From assembly GCA_020722765.1 (NCBI GenBank), contig DYKD01000004.1:10250-74249 (forward strand): a stretch of 64,000 nt of DNA, given 5' to 3'. This DNA comes from Brevinema andersonii (lineage in GTDB: Bacteria; Spirochaetota; DYKD01). The notes beneath the pieces were generated by a model. That model had not been told where the DNA came from. It saw only the letters and a program-made list of their open reading frames with translations, and made no database searches. Made by a program: the position numbers and the translations under genes. This document shows positions 28,259 through 37,153 of this stretch, piece by piece. Position 1 is the first letter of the stretch; each line of letters opens with the position of its first letter.

Positions 28259-29399
28259 TCATTTCACCCTCATCTAGCTCTTCATCATGCTCATCTAATA
28301 CATCGTCGGGGTCGTGTTGAATAAGATCAGTGTTGAATGACCTAACAAGATCAAGGCTACATACACCGATATAACTTGTAAAGGGAGAGAGACCAGAGTC
28401 TTCGACTTTGGAAAAACGATATCTAACAGAGTCTGGAAATCTCGCAATAAACGCTGAGTAAATTTTCTCTTCTAACTCAACACTCAAACCGGCTCTTAGC
28501 AAAACATCAACATCATTCTTGGTTGCCCCTCGAGTAGCAATTCCCCCAACAAAGTACAAATAAGGCTTAACTAAACATAAATCGTCAAATTGATAATTCA
28601 GTTGCACCGTCCACAATGGGTCGAGCTTTTTAAGCACTAAATCATATGCTACATCCACACCCTCTAACTGTTCCATCGAAACAGGTTTATATTTATTCCA
28701 CTCTTCTCGAGGAAATTGCCGCAAGATTCGAAAATACATAACCTTGATAAGTTGGCGCCCACCAATGTCAGTTAACCAAATGTGACCCCTATTAACGTCA
28801 ATTAGCACTGCCTGCTCAACAACCACAACTTCCTTGGGAATATAAGAAACGATATCCTCAACAAAAATCCATGGACCCATCTCTTCACCTGAAGATGCGA
28901 AGCCTGGTGATCGCATAGCACGACCCAAAGGTCTATCAAGGGAATCCCAATTCTGGGGCACCTCTAAGCCCCTTCGCATCAGTTCCTTTTCAACTAAATG
29001 ATGCCAGTTCCACAACTGTTCTTGCTGTGTGATAGTTACGTCTTTAAGATGTATCACTTCCCACACAGAATGTAGTTGGTTGTGCAACTTCACCAATTCA
29101 GACTTACTTAAATCACTTAACCTAGATGGAATAATTTTGGCGAAACGTTCAACGAACTGTTCGATTTCAGGGTAGGAAACTCTATCAAGCTCATCATGAA
29201 CCCTAAACCTAATACCGCGACGGACCATCTCAGTAGCAATGATTTTATGGCGAATGATGAGATTCTTAAGTTTGGGGTTGGAGACGTCGTTTTTCCTAAA
29301 ATATGGGGCGGCTAGTTGGTGAGCTCGAAAATGTAAGTTTAAAAGTTCACTATCCGGAACTTTTCTAATAGAAGCAGGGGTAATTTGGTTGAATCTCAT
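28248..29399 (-). CDS. Pol-beta superfamily nucleotidyltransferase with N-terminal helical repeats
   Basis: YFVGGIATRGATKNDVDVLLR (hG[G/S]...DxD); repeats ELLNLH..H..EMVRRG and ELVKLH..H..ELMRRG. Confidence 0.7.
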   Translation of the reverse strand: MRFNQITPASIRKVPDSELLNLHFRAHQLAAPYFRKNDVSNPKLKNLIIRHKIIATEMVRRGIRFRVHDELDRVSYPEIEQFVERFAKIIPSRLSDLSKSELVKLHNQLHSVWEVIHLKDVTITQQEQLWNWHHLVEKELMRRGLEVPQNWDSLDRPLGRAMRSPGFASSGEEMGPWIFVEDIVSYIPKEVVVVEQAVLIDVNRGHIWLTDIGGRQLIKVMYFRILRQFPREEWNKYKPVSMEQLEGVDVAYDLVLKKLDPLWTVQLNYQFDDLCLVKPYLYFVGGIATRGATKNDVDVLLRAGLSVELEEKIYSAFIARFPDSVRYRFSKVEDSGLSPFTSYIGVCSLDLVRSFNTDLIQHDPDDVLDEHDEELDEGEMNEE

Positions 29400-29412
29400 C
29401 TACTGGTCTCTA

Positions 29413-30732
29413 CTATTCACCTTCCTCCGCTTCACCTGAAACGCCCGTTCCTTCTGGGACATTACCAGGTCTCCAATCAATTGATGAAGGAGCTCTATTA
29501 GGCGAAGGTTCTTGTCCTGACTCAGATGCTGGCTTCGAGCCAGGAAACACATCACCGTTTTCTACCGGAGGCAATCCAAGAAGTGCGCGCGCTTCATTGA
29601 GCGTCATTAGTTTTGCTTCGGACAATCTTGAAACAATTCTTGAATTAGCTGAAAGTTTGATTACGTTCACTGGAGCAGTGGAAGTATCAAAGGCGCCCAT
29701 AACTAACCGATCATTACGCTTAATTACTTGTGAGTCAATAATCGCGGAAACCTTTCTTAACTTAGGAGCTATGGTGCTATCATAAAAGATAGCCTGTGCA
29801 ACACGGGCCGTAGAATAATTGGCACTATCAGGAACTCCAGCTAAAATTGGCGGAACTCCCATACCAACAAATAGTGCATCTCGCACCGCTTTTCTCATTT
29901 CTGGGAATGACGCCTCTTGTGGTGTAGCAGCGATCTGCTTGAAATCCATTCCGTCTTCTAAAATAGCAACATGAAATGCATTCTTGCGCCCTCTGTGCCG
30001 TTCCTCCCACTTCGAAATTAAACGATTATACACTGCGTCACTTAAAATTCTAGGAGTCGTAATAACACCACCAGGTGTAGCATCATTTGCGAAAAATCTC
30101 GCATTGTATTCATTCGCAGCCCAATCTAATTGCAGTTGGGTCCAAATTGGCTGTAAGCAACCTAAACCCCAATACTCGTTAGTTGGGTTTGCGTAACGAA
30201 AATGTACAATTTCTTTAGGTTCGTAACGTATGGTTTGGTTCGAAACACGGTACTCATATGCCTCAACATATCGAGTTGGATGTGGAATAATTCTCATCCC
30301 AGTAGGGTCGAGGAAATAAATTTCTGAGATATATCCCGATTCATTGTACACAAGCTCCCAGAACGCGTTACCAATCAACTCTAAAACTAAAAATGTATTC
30401 TCCAACAAATCAGTGAATGTCATATGTGGGTTAGGTTGAGTCACGAGACGCCACATATAGTGGTCCTCAGATACTATATGTCGTCCTTTTCGGGTATACA
30501 ACACAAATGGGACCGATGCTGCGGTATTCGCGATTAAGTAAACTGCAGCGTATACCCACGGGTTCGATGTGTATTGCAATAAAAGGGAATTAAAGTCAAT
30601 GGGTGGATTGTAGTACTCGTAAAATAAATCGCGAGCCGCTCTACCAGCGGGAGGTTGTGCGGAACCGCTTTGTACAACTATCTTTTTGTTAACGGGTTGG
30701 AGGGCTTTACAAACGTCAATTAAAAGTGCCAT
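29413..30732 (-). CDS. Portal protein (HK97 family)
   Basis: WVYAAV..IA, QPNPHMT, GNAFW, EIVHFR, FFANDATPGG, GVPP, MTLNEAR..LGLPP. Confidence 0.95.
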   Translation of the reverse strand: MALLIDVCKALQPVNKKIVVQSGSAQPPAGRAARDLFYEYYNPPIDFNSLLLQYTSNPWVYAAVYLIANTAASVPFVLYTRKGRHIVSEDHYMWRLVTQPNPHMTFTDLLENTFLVLELIGNAFWELVYNESGYISEIYFLDPTGMRIIPHPTRYVEAYEYRVSNQTIRYEPKEIVHFRYANPTNEYWGLGCLQPIWTQLQLDWAANEYNARFFANDATPGGVITTPRILSDAVYNRLISKWEERHRGRKNAFHVAILEDGMDFKQIAATPQEASFPEMRKAVRDALFVGMGVPPILAGVPDSANYSTARVAQAIFYDSTIAPKLRKVSAIIDSQVIKRNDRLVMGAFDTSTAPVNVIKLSANSRIVSRLSEAKLMTLNEARALLGLPPVENGDVFPGSKPASESGQEPSPNRAPSSIDWRPGNVPEGTGVSGEAEEGE

Positions 30733-30808
30733 TATTTTCCCATTTAATTGAATACAAAAACTTGTCCCGTTTTTAATTTGACGGCCCCATTTAAAATGGG
30801 ATCAGAAT

Positions 30809-33322
30809 TTAGCGCAACGAAACAAATCTGATTTGGGGCTCTCTAGCAAGACCTTTAACCGCAATATAAATCGCGTCAATTAAATCAGCGGTAGTTAAGG
30901 GGAAGCTGACCATTTCATTAATGAAATCGTTATGTAAATCACGACGTATTAACAGTTTGTGACACCGAATAAGGTTTGACAAGAATTCAACGCGAGATTC
31001 CTTTGAACCACCAGTCCTGACTTTCACAATCGGTAAAATCACATCTAATTCCTCTAAATATTCATGAAAATATGTTTGTAGCGCAAATGCTTCGATTTGA
31101 ATAGCTATCGCGTGCGGAAATTTCTGGTAAAACGAAAGGACGATGTCGCGTTGATCGGCAAGCCTCAGATTTTTTCGTACCAAATATTCTAAAACGTACG
31201 CCCTTTGTGTGCCCCTTTCTTGGCCAACCGCAGCGATGGCAAAAGCGCTGTGTCTGTCAGTTTTTTCTAAGCCCGGAGCACACAAGTCAACCCCAATTAA
31301 AACATCTAAACGCTCATAGGCTACTTCATGAGGCTCATAATATGAAAGATCAAAATCCTCAATTGTAATGTAATCCCCTCCGCCTGTAAAAGTCACGTCA
31401 TTTTGGTATTGGAGACGAAAAACGTCTGGGCCGTACATAGCTTCGATCTGCTGCAACTTCTCGAGAGGAAACATCTCTTCCCAAAATGATGTGCCATCTG
31501 GATTAATTGCGGGCTGGATAAGCGATCTCCAGCCCCCTTGCGACTCTTCGAGCTCTAGCAACTTGTGGTAAAGATCGTCACGATGATACGATGTGCCTAT
31601 TACATGAGCAGCAGTTTCATGAGAAATGCTCAACGTAGGCATAGCAACAAACCTAAACCAATCCCAAATTTTTCGACGTAGGGAGGGAGAATCACGCGAC
31701 TCAACATCAACTACATCATCAAAAATAATAACGTCGAAGTGCTTACCAGCAAGAGTTGATCCAACGCCTAAAGCGGTGAACGTCGCCTCCGCCATCGACT
31801 GGCTTCTCATCAAAGTAACTTCCACGTTGTTCCATTTCATTGCTTTGTCTGGCTGGATTAAATCCGGCCACACCGCACGAAGACGTTGGTTAGTTTCGAG
31901 AATGTTTTTAATTTTACTGACGAAGCTGCTAGACAAAAGGGATGATTTTGAAATGATACCTATACGAATGTTGGGGTTACGCAACGCACGCCAAATCGAG
32001 TAGTAATGACCACACACTGTTGAATTATGACTTATCGCACCGTTAGCTAGAAAGGTACCATCCATGGTAGATAGATCAACGGTTAGACCCTTCGTCTTGC
32101 GTACCGACTTCACATACTGTAGGAAATGAGGGAAGCGGAATAAAAAAGTAAAGTTATACAGTTTGGGGACAATGTGAATGTTTTCTTTGACGAATCTCTC
32201 CGCCAATAACGGTTTGTCCTCGTAATTTTTTTGACAGTCTTTTTCGAGGCGAATTTTAATAATAGGCAAAACAAATGGGTCCCTCTGAATTTCTGCCGCT
32301 AACAGTCTCGCGAGCTCAGCAATCTGGCTCTCAGTATAATCACACCGATCAGTATGTCCACGGAGAAAGTTGTGAAAGCTTCTGCGAAGTTTAGCAGATT
32401 TCTGCAGTAGTTTATATCCAATCCTCGTCAAGGGAAATCCCAAGTTTAAAAACCATTTCTGCACTTCGATCGCTTGTTGCTCGGTAAATTTAACATACTG
32501 ATTATACCACCAAAAAGTGTGAGCAATTGTTCTTGTTGCAGATAGTGAGCACTCCCTAAGGCATACAGGTATTAGAGGGCTGTCGAAATTCCTGGATTTT
32601 AAGAAATCCAGGAACTTAGGCGGGATTGATTTCCACTCTTTGTGATTGAAAAATCTCCAAAGAGGGATCGCCATTTTCTGACGTGCTCTCGGTTGATGCC
32701 AGATCTTCTCCCAACCCTCTGGAAAGTTGAGCCAAAAGAATGCTAAAGCAGAATACCACAATGCGGGAGGAACGTTGAATGGATTATCAGAGCTGTCAAC
32801 AAATTTCCGCCAATCACACCTAAACACGATTCTGTCATGTTCAGTAAGAAATCGGGCCTCACGAAACTTAAGATGAAACCCATTCCAAATCAGCCACCTA
32901 TGTTCTGGGGTGCATCTTAAGACGTAGCCATCTTCGGTTTCGATTTCGAGTATATCATCAAGCCCATTAGAGTAAAGTTGTGTAGCCCTAGTCTCTCCCA
33001 GGCAAGACTCTAAGATGAAATCAGTTGAGGTCGTAAAAGGAAGGGTTGTTTCACAAGGAAGGGCTTCTTTGATATACTTTAGTCCCTGCGGTGTAGGAAT
33101 TAAAGTATCGTCAGCGACACACTTCCAAGACCCCCGAGGACCTAAAATTAAGGTCCTCGGGTGAGTCATTTGGAATTCGATCCACTGATTGTGGAATGGT
33201 TGCAGGACTGTATCTAGGAAAGCGGCACAAAAGAAATCAAACCTTTCTTCACCAGCTATGCGAAGAAGCTTTATTTCCTCCTTTTTTATGGGTGCAAGCT
33301 TAAACTTATTCAATGAAGTCAT
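30809..33322 (-). CDS. terL: Terminase large subunit with intein
   Basis: Walker A GPRGSWK/S split by intein; GKHFDVIIFDD; IGT; LQYQN; nuclease GVDL and DLIDA. Confidence 0.92.
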   Translation of the reverse strand: MTSLNKFKLAPIKKEEIKLLRIAGEERFDFFCAAFLDTVLQPFHNQWIEFQMTHPRTLILGPRGSWKCVADDTLIPTPQGLKYIKEALPCETTLPFTTSTDFILESCLGETRATQLYSNGLDDILEIETEDGYVLRCTPEHRWLIWNGFHLKFREARFLTEHDRIVFRCDWRKFVDSSDNPFNVPPALWYSALAFFWLNFPEGWEKIWHQPRARQKMAIPLWRFFNHKEWKSIPPKFLDFLKSRNFDSPLIPVCLRECSLSATRTIAHTFWWYNQYVKFTEQQAIEVQKWFLNLGFPLTRIGYKLLQKSAKLRRSFHNFLRGHTDRCDYTESQIAELARLLAAEIQRDPFVLPIIKIRLEKDCQKNYEDKPLLAERFVKENIHIVPKLYNFTFLFRFPHFLQYVKSVRKTKGLTVDLSTMDGTFLANGAISHNSTVCGHYYSIWRALRNPNIRIGIISKSSLLSSSFVSKIKNILETNQRLRAVWPDLIQPDKAMKWNNVEVTLMRSQSMAEATFTALGVGSTLAGKHFDVIIFDDVVDVESRDSPSLRRKIWDWFRFVAMPTLSISHETAAHVIGTSYHRDDLYHKLLELEESQGGWRSLIQPAINPDGTSFWEEMFPLEKLQQIEAMYGPDVFRLQYQNDVTFTGGGDYITIEDFDLSYYEPHEVAYERLDVLIGVDLCAPGLEKTDRHSAFAIAAVGQERGTQRAYVLEYLVRKNLRLADQRDIVLSFYQKFPHAIAIQIEAFALQTYFHEYLEELDVILPIVKVRTGGSKESRVEFLSNLIRCHKLLIRRDLHNDFINEMVSFPLTTADLIDAIYIAVKGLAREPQIRFVSLR
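32024..33121 (-). mobile_element. Intein in TerL Walker A (366 aa)
   Basis: Begins CVADDTLI; block B LRCTPEHRW; ends TVDLS..FLANGAISHN followed by Ser. Confidence 0.9.
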
Positions 33323-33893
33323 TTGTGTGCAATACCCAAATCACTTCATCAATGCGGTCCTGCAAATCAACGGATTGAATAATGTGAAATGGTAGATGCA
33401 AGTCACATAACATCCCCAATATTATGTAGTGCATCATAGTTGCATTGTATTGTAATGTATTACGCACCCCATCATCCTCGATCGCAAATCGCCCAGTAGG
33501 AACGAAGAAATGGAAGTGATACATTAAACGTGCGTAATCCACACACGCTTGATAATACTGTTTGAGAAAGTCCTGCGACTTGCTTTCTCTCCCTAAACTA
33601 CTCAATGTGTAGCTGAACATGTCAATCGAAGTGCGGTCGGCAAGAAAGGGGGCTTGAATGAACTTCTCTTCCATCGACTTCTTTTCAAACAACCTTTTTT
33701 GGAACTTAAGCGCCAAATCAGCATCAGTACCAAAAGTTGGTGGAGTCGCTAAGCCCATACCCTTTAACACGTCACGTACCACGCCTAGCACTGCTGGTAC
33801 CTCCAATTGCCTACTGACTTCTTTGACTAACGTCGTCTTACCAGTACCCTCCGCACCTGAAAATCCAATTCCGAGTTTCCACTTAATCTTCAT
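33306..33893 (-). CDS. P-loop nucleotide kinase-like protein (AAA_28 / dNMP kinase type)
   Basis: GAEGTGKTT, ADRTSID, EDDGVR. Confidence 0.75.
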   Translation of the reverse strand: MKIKWKLGIGFSGAEGTGKTTLVKEVSRQLEVPAVLGVVRDVLKGMGLATPPTFGTDADLALKFQKRLFEKKSMEEKFIQAPFLADRTSIDMFSYTLSSLGRESKSQDFLKQYYQACVDYARLMYHFHFFVPTGRFAIEDDGVRNTLQYNATMMHYIILGMLCDLHLPFHIIQSVDLQDRIDEVIWVLHTNDFIE

Positions 33894-34458
33894 AAACGCT
33901 TCCTTTCCCTCCCAGAGTTTCTTCGAGAACCGTCGCGATATGTGCAGGTTCTGGAGTCTTACGATTAGCGGCCTTCATGAATTCATTGACAAACTTATTA
34001 ACATCAACACGACCCTTTAATTTGAAGAATTCTAATGAGTTATCGCCCTCCTCTTGACCAAACCCATACGCTCGTTTGAGTTCAAGGATCAATCTTAGTG
34101 TTTCTAACAACTCTCTCCAGGTTTTTGGCCTTAATTGTGATACGTTAAGAGAATCACCCACGATTTTTTCAAGTACAGCAATGATTTGTTGTGCTGTTAA
34201 AGCTGGCTGCAATTCGTCAACAACCGCATCCACAACCGCATCTACGACCTGAGATGAAACCGCTTGTGGAACCGACACTTGCATCTTTTTCTTAAAATCA
34301 ACCCAAGAATGGTATCCACAAGTGCACTTACAATTTTTTGATTTCCAATACTTTAAAGTATTAGGGCTGACGTTCAGCTTAATGGCGATTGATTCAAGAG
34401 ACATCCCTTGACAATACATTTCAAATGCTGTTTTGTGTAATTCAACGGTTGGCGTCAT
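33883..34458 (-). CDS. Probable terminase small subunit
   Basis: N-terminal HTH AFEMYCQGMSLESIAIKLNVSPNTLKYWK; near terL. Confidence 0.7.
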   Translation of the reverse strand: MTPTVELHKTAFEMYCQGMSLESIAIKLNVSPNTLKYWKSKNCKCTCGYHSWVDFKKKMQVSVPQAVSSQVVDAVVDAVVDELQPALTAQQIIAVLEKIVGDSLNVSQLRPKTWRELLETLRLILELKRAYGFGQEEGDNSLEFFKLKGRVDVNKFVNEFMKAANRKTPEPAHIATVLEETLGGKGSVYED

Positions 34459-34485
34459 CAGAAAGTTTTCTACTCCTTAAAACAC

Positions 34486-34716
34486 CTATCCATCTAGCTG
34501 GGCTAAACTAACACCGAAAATGATCGTTGCTTCCTTAGCACTACAACAATTATCACTTAGAAGAGTGTCACCAACATTCACAATATATGAAATCTTAGTC
34601 GCAGGGCACCTTAAAAACACGTAATCCTGTTTGCGAGATACATTAAGCTCCTCATGCACCTCACCACAGAACGGACAAAGCCATTTGTAAAACCTGCTGA
34701 AATTCGCGTCGAGTAT
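34486..34716 (-). CDS. Small CPFC zinc-finger protein missing from the ORF track, probable ATA start
   Basis: 76-aa open frame with WLCPFCGEVH..LRCP fills the recA-terS gap; AAGGAGG 8 nt before ATA. Confidence 0.6.
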   Translation of the reverse strand: MLDANFSRFYKWLCPFCGEVHEELNVSRKQDYVFLRCPATKISYIVNVGDTLLSDNCCSAKEATIIFGVSLAQLDG

Positions 34717-34737
34717 AGATTGTGCCTCCTTTATGGA

Positions 34738-35766
34738 TCACTCAACCGTCGTGTCATCCTCTTCCTCACTAACGCCTATTACCTCACTACTGTCTACGCT
34801 TAGATCAAGGGTTTTCGCCATCGCCTCCGCCACCCATGAATCAACTTGTTCACGATGCGCCTCATAGTATTCCCTAAATGAAGACGATTGAAACTTACCA
34901 CCTAAAGGGTCGGTATACCATCCGCCTTTCTTTACTAAAATGTTAGCTTGTGTTAAAACATCAAGCATCGGCGTTATAGAATCGATACCAGAATCAAAGC
35001 GGATGATAAACTGGCATTCTCGCAAAGGAGGGGCTAACTTATTACGAAGGATTTTGGCTTTGCATTTAATACCAACAGTAGTTTGCCCTTGCTTAACATA
35101 TGCCATCCTAGCAACTTGGATAATCAATGGCGAATGGAACGTCGTTGGTTGCTTTGCAAGCCAGGTTAAAGGACTGCCATATCCCATTGTCATGATTTTT
35201 GTGCGTGGTTGATGAACTAAGATTAAGGCGCAACGACTTTTAGCTAAAGGTAATGTAATTCTACGAAAAGCGAAACTTAAATACCTCGCATGGGTTCCCG
35301 GCTTGAGAGACTCTCCAGCTCGTAAACTTAAATCGGACTCACTTGCTAAAGCAGAGCACGTATCAAGTGCGATGCATGCTAAACGTTTTGGATCCTTCTT
35401 GAGAGTATCTAATACTTTCTCGATTAGAGGTACAATATCCTCGAGCTGGACATCTTCGAACTTGATAAGAGAGTCAACATCAAGCCCGATCAGCTTTGCA
35501 CGTTCAGTTTCTAGTGAAACCTCACTATCAATTAGGATCGCAAGACCTCCTACCTTTTGGACCTGAGTTAGGATGGAGTAAACAAGCGAACTTTTGCCTA
35601 CCCCAGGCTCTCCCACTATACTAGTAGGACGCCCTACTGGGATTCCACCTCTACCAGTAGCAAGGTCGAGAGTAAAGACCCCCGTTGGAATAAACTCTTT
35701 AATGTTGGCGAGACATTCAGGGGAATTTACATCGACAGCCCCAAGCTCTTTACGAAAGTCAATCAT
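34738..35766 (-). CDS. recA: RecA/UvsX-like recombinase
   Basis: IPTG..LD.A.G.GGIP.GR, GEPGVGKS, IDSE, NKLAPP.R, KKGGWY. Confidence 0.92.
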   Translation of the reverse strand: MIDFRKELGAVDVNSPECLANIKEFIPTGVFTLDLATGRGGIPVGRPTSIVGEPGVGKSSLVYSILTQVQKVGGLAILIDSEVSLETERAKLIGLDVDSLIKFEDVQLEDIVPLIEKVLDTLKKDPKRLACIALDTCSALASESDLSLRAGESLKPGTHARYLSFAFRRITLPLAKSRCALILVHQPRTKIMTMGYGSPLTWLAKQPTTFHSPLIIQVARMAYVKQGQTTVGIKCKAKILRNKLAPPLRECQFIIRFDSGIDSITPMLDVLTQANILVKKGGWYTDPLGGKFQSSSFREYYEAHREQVDSWVAEAMAKTLDLSVDSSEVIGVSEEEDDTTVE

Positions 35767-35818
35767 TTAACATTCCTTCACTGCAATCACTGCAACGAGG
35801 TGTATATCAAACCAAAAT

Positions 35819-35854
35819 CTGAAGGTAGGCACCCGTTATGGTGCCTACCTTCAG
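35819..35854 (-). terminator. Hairpin after SSB gene (terminator or processing stem)
   Basis: Perfect 15-bp inverted repeat CTGAAGGTAGGCACC/GGTGCCTACCTTCAG followed by ATTTTGGTTT on the minus strand. Confidence 0.7.
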
Positions 35855-35877
35855 CTGTGTTATTAAGATGTTAATAC

Positions 35878-36654
35878 CTACTGAAGATCGTCAAGATCAA
35901 CTTCCTCGGCCGCAACACTTGCGGCTAGCCTCCTCAGCTCCTCATTCACTTGTGTACCAGATTTCTCAAGAGATGTCTGAGGATTGGCTCTACCTTCGAT
36001 TTGCTTGACGAGCTCGGGCGGAAATAAAGCCTTTTGCTCTTCATACGTTTTAATTTGGTCCTTAGCGATCGCATCAAGGTCGTGCATTTGACCAAGTAAG
36101 TCTTTGCTCGCGATAGCAGAAGGGTTACGCTCGAGGCGAACGTTATACCTGTTACCAGGGTTTTTTGTAATAACTACATTAAACCCTTCATCAGGATCAA
36201 CGAAATTTTCGCCGCTTACATAAAGTTGAAACACTTGCCCGAACACAGTAAAACTTAAAGGCAAGATTTTAACGACAGGTTCTCTCGCATGGACATCATA
36301 AGCGTTGACCCAGAAAATACGGCTCACTTTCATCAACCGAGCCGCCTCCTGATCTTCTTTGCTGGGTGACATCGACAAGAAAGCGATCGCCTCATCGACA
36401 AAACACTTGAGGTTGGGGTCCTCGCTGCGGCTACAGATGACAACACGATTCCGATCTCCGCCACCCACTCTAAAATGATTTCTCACTTCGCGGAACCATA
36501 AGCCACCCTCTCGCGAAGACGGTAAAATACGAACAGTGTTTACCCCATCTGGGAGCTTCATGAAACGTCCTTCGACCGCGGCACGAACATCAGCTAGTTT
36601 GCGCAAGCTCTCAGGATCCAGTTTCTCTTTCAGTGTGTCCAAGAAATTTGCCAT
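35878..36654 (-). CDS. Single-stranded DNA-binding protein (T4 gp32-like)
   Basis: G.NTVRILP, H..C..C ligands, DPDEGFN, acidic C-terminus; adjacent to recA. Confidence 0.8.
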   Translation of the reverse strand: MANFLDTLKEKLDPESLRKLADVRAAVEGRFMKLPDGVNTVRILPSSREGGLWFREVRNHFRVGGGDRNRVVICSRSEDPNLKCFVDEAIAFLSMSPSKEDQEAARLMKVSRIFWVNAYDVHAREPVVKILPLSFTVFGQVFQLYVSGENFVDPDEGFNVVITKNPGNRYNVRLERNPSAIASKDLLGQMHDLDAIAKDQIKTYEEQKALFPPELVKQIEGRANPQTSLEKSGTQVNEELRRLAASVAAEEVDLDDLQ

Positions 36655-36691
36655 ACAGTCCTCCTTTTACCAGTCACGTTGTTTTGTTTTT

Positions 36692-37153
36692 TTACCAGTC
36701 ATGCTGTTCATAAGCTAACTGTTTTCTTTGTGCAATTGCGAGATTAACAAGTCCATCACGTTTAAACCATAAGCTAGTCGTTATAGACGCGATTAAATCC
36801 GTTATATAAATTAAGCGTGATAGCTTATCATTTAATTTAGCATATTCTTCGTTGTCTTGCAACGCTATTTCCACAATTCTATTAGAAACATATGAAGTAT
36901 TTTTCGCGGCCTTGACAAGTGTAGGGCCTGCAACCCTTCTCATTTCACGTTCGATGCCGCGTTTGTGAAACTCAAGATCAGCTTTTTGCGCGAGCCAATA
37001 TTGAGCAATCGCGGGCAACGTCTCCAAATCTGAACTGGTCTCGACGATCGATGCGTCCTTCTTGAGTGCTTCCTTTAAGTCCTGCGCCTTCTCAAGAAAC
37101 TCAACATCGCTCAATTCAAGACTGCCAACTAATTCATGGACGATGTTTTTCAT
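36692..37153 (-). CDS. Probable recombination mediator (UvsY-like)
   Basis: Helical protein ending KRDGLVNLA..R; next to SSB and recA; start at MKNIV overlaps the queC end. Confidence 0.5.
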   Translation of the reverse strand: MKNIVHELVGSLELSDVEFLEKAQDLKEALKKDASIVETSSDLETLPAIAQYWLAQKADLEFHKRGIEREMRRVAGPTLVKAAKNTSYVSNRIVEIALQDNEEYAKLNDKLSRLIYITDLIASITTSLWFKRDGLVNLAIAQRKQLAYEQHDW

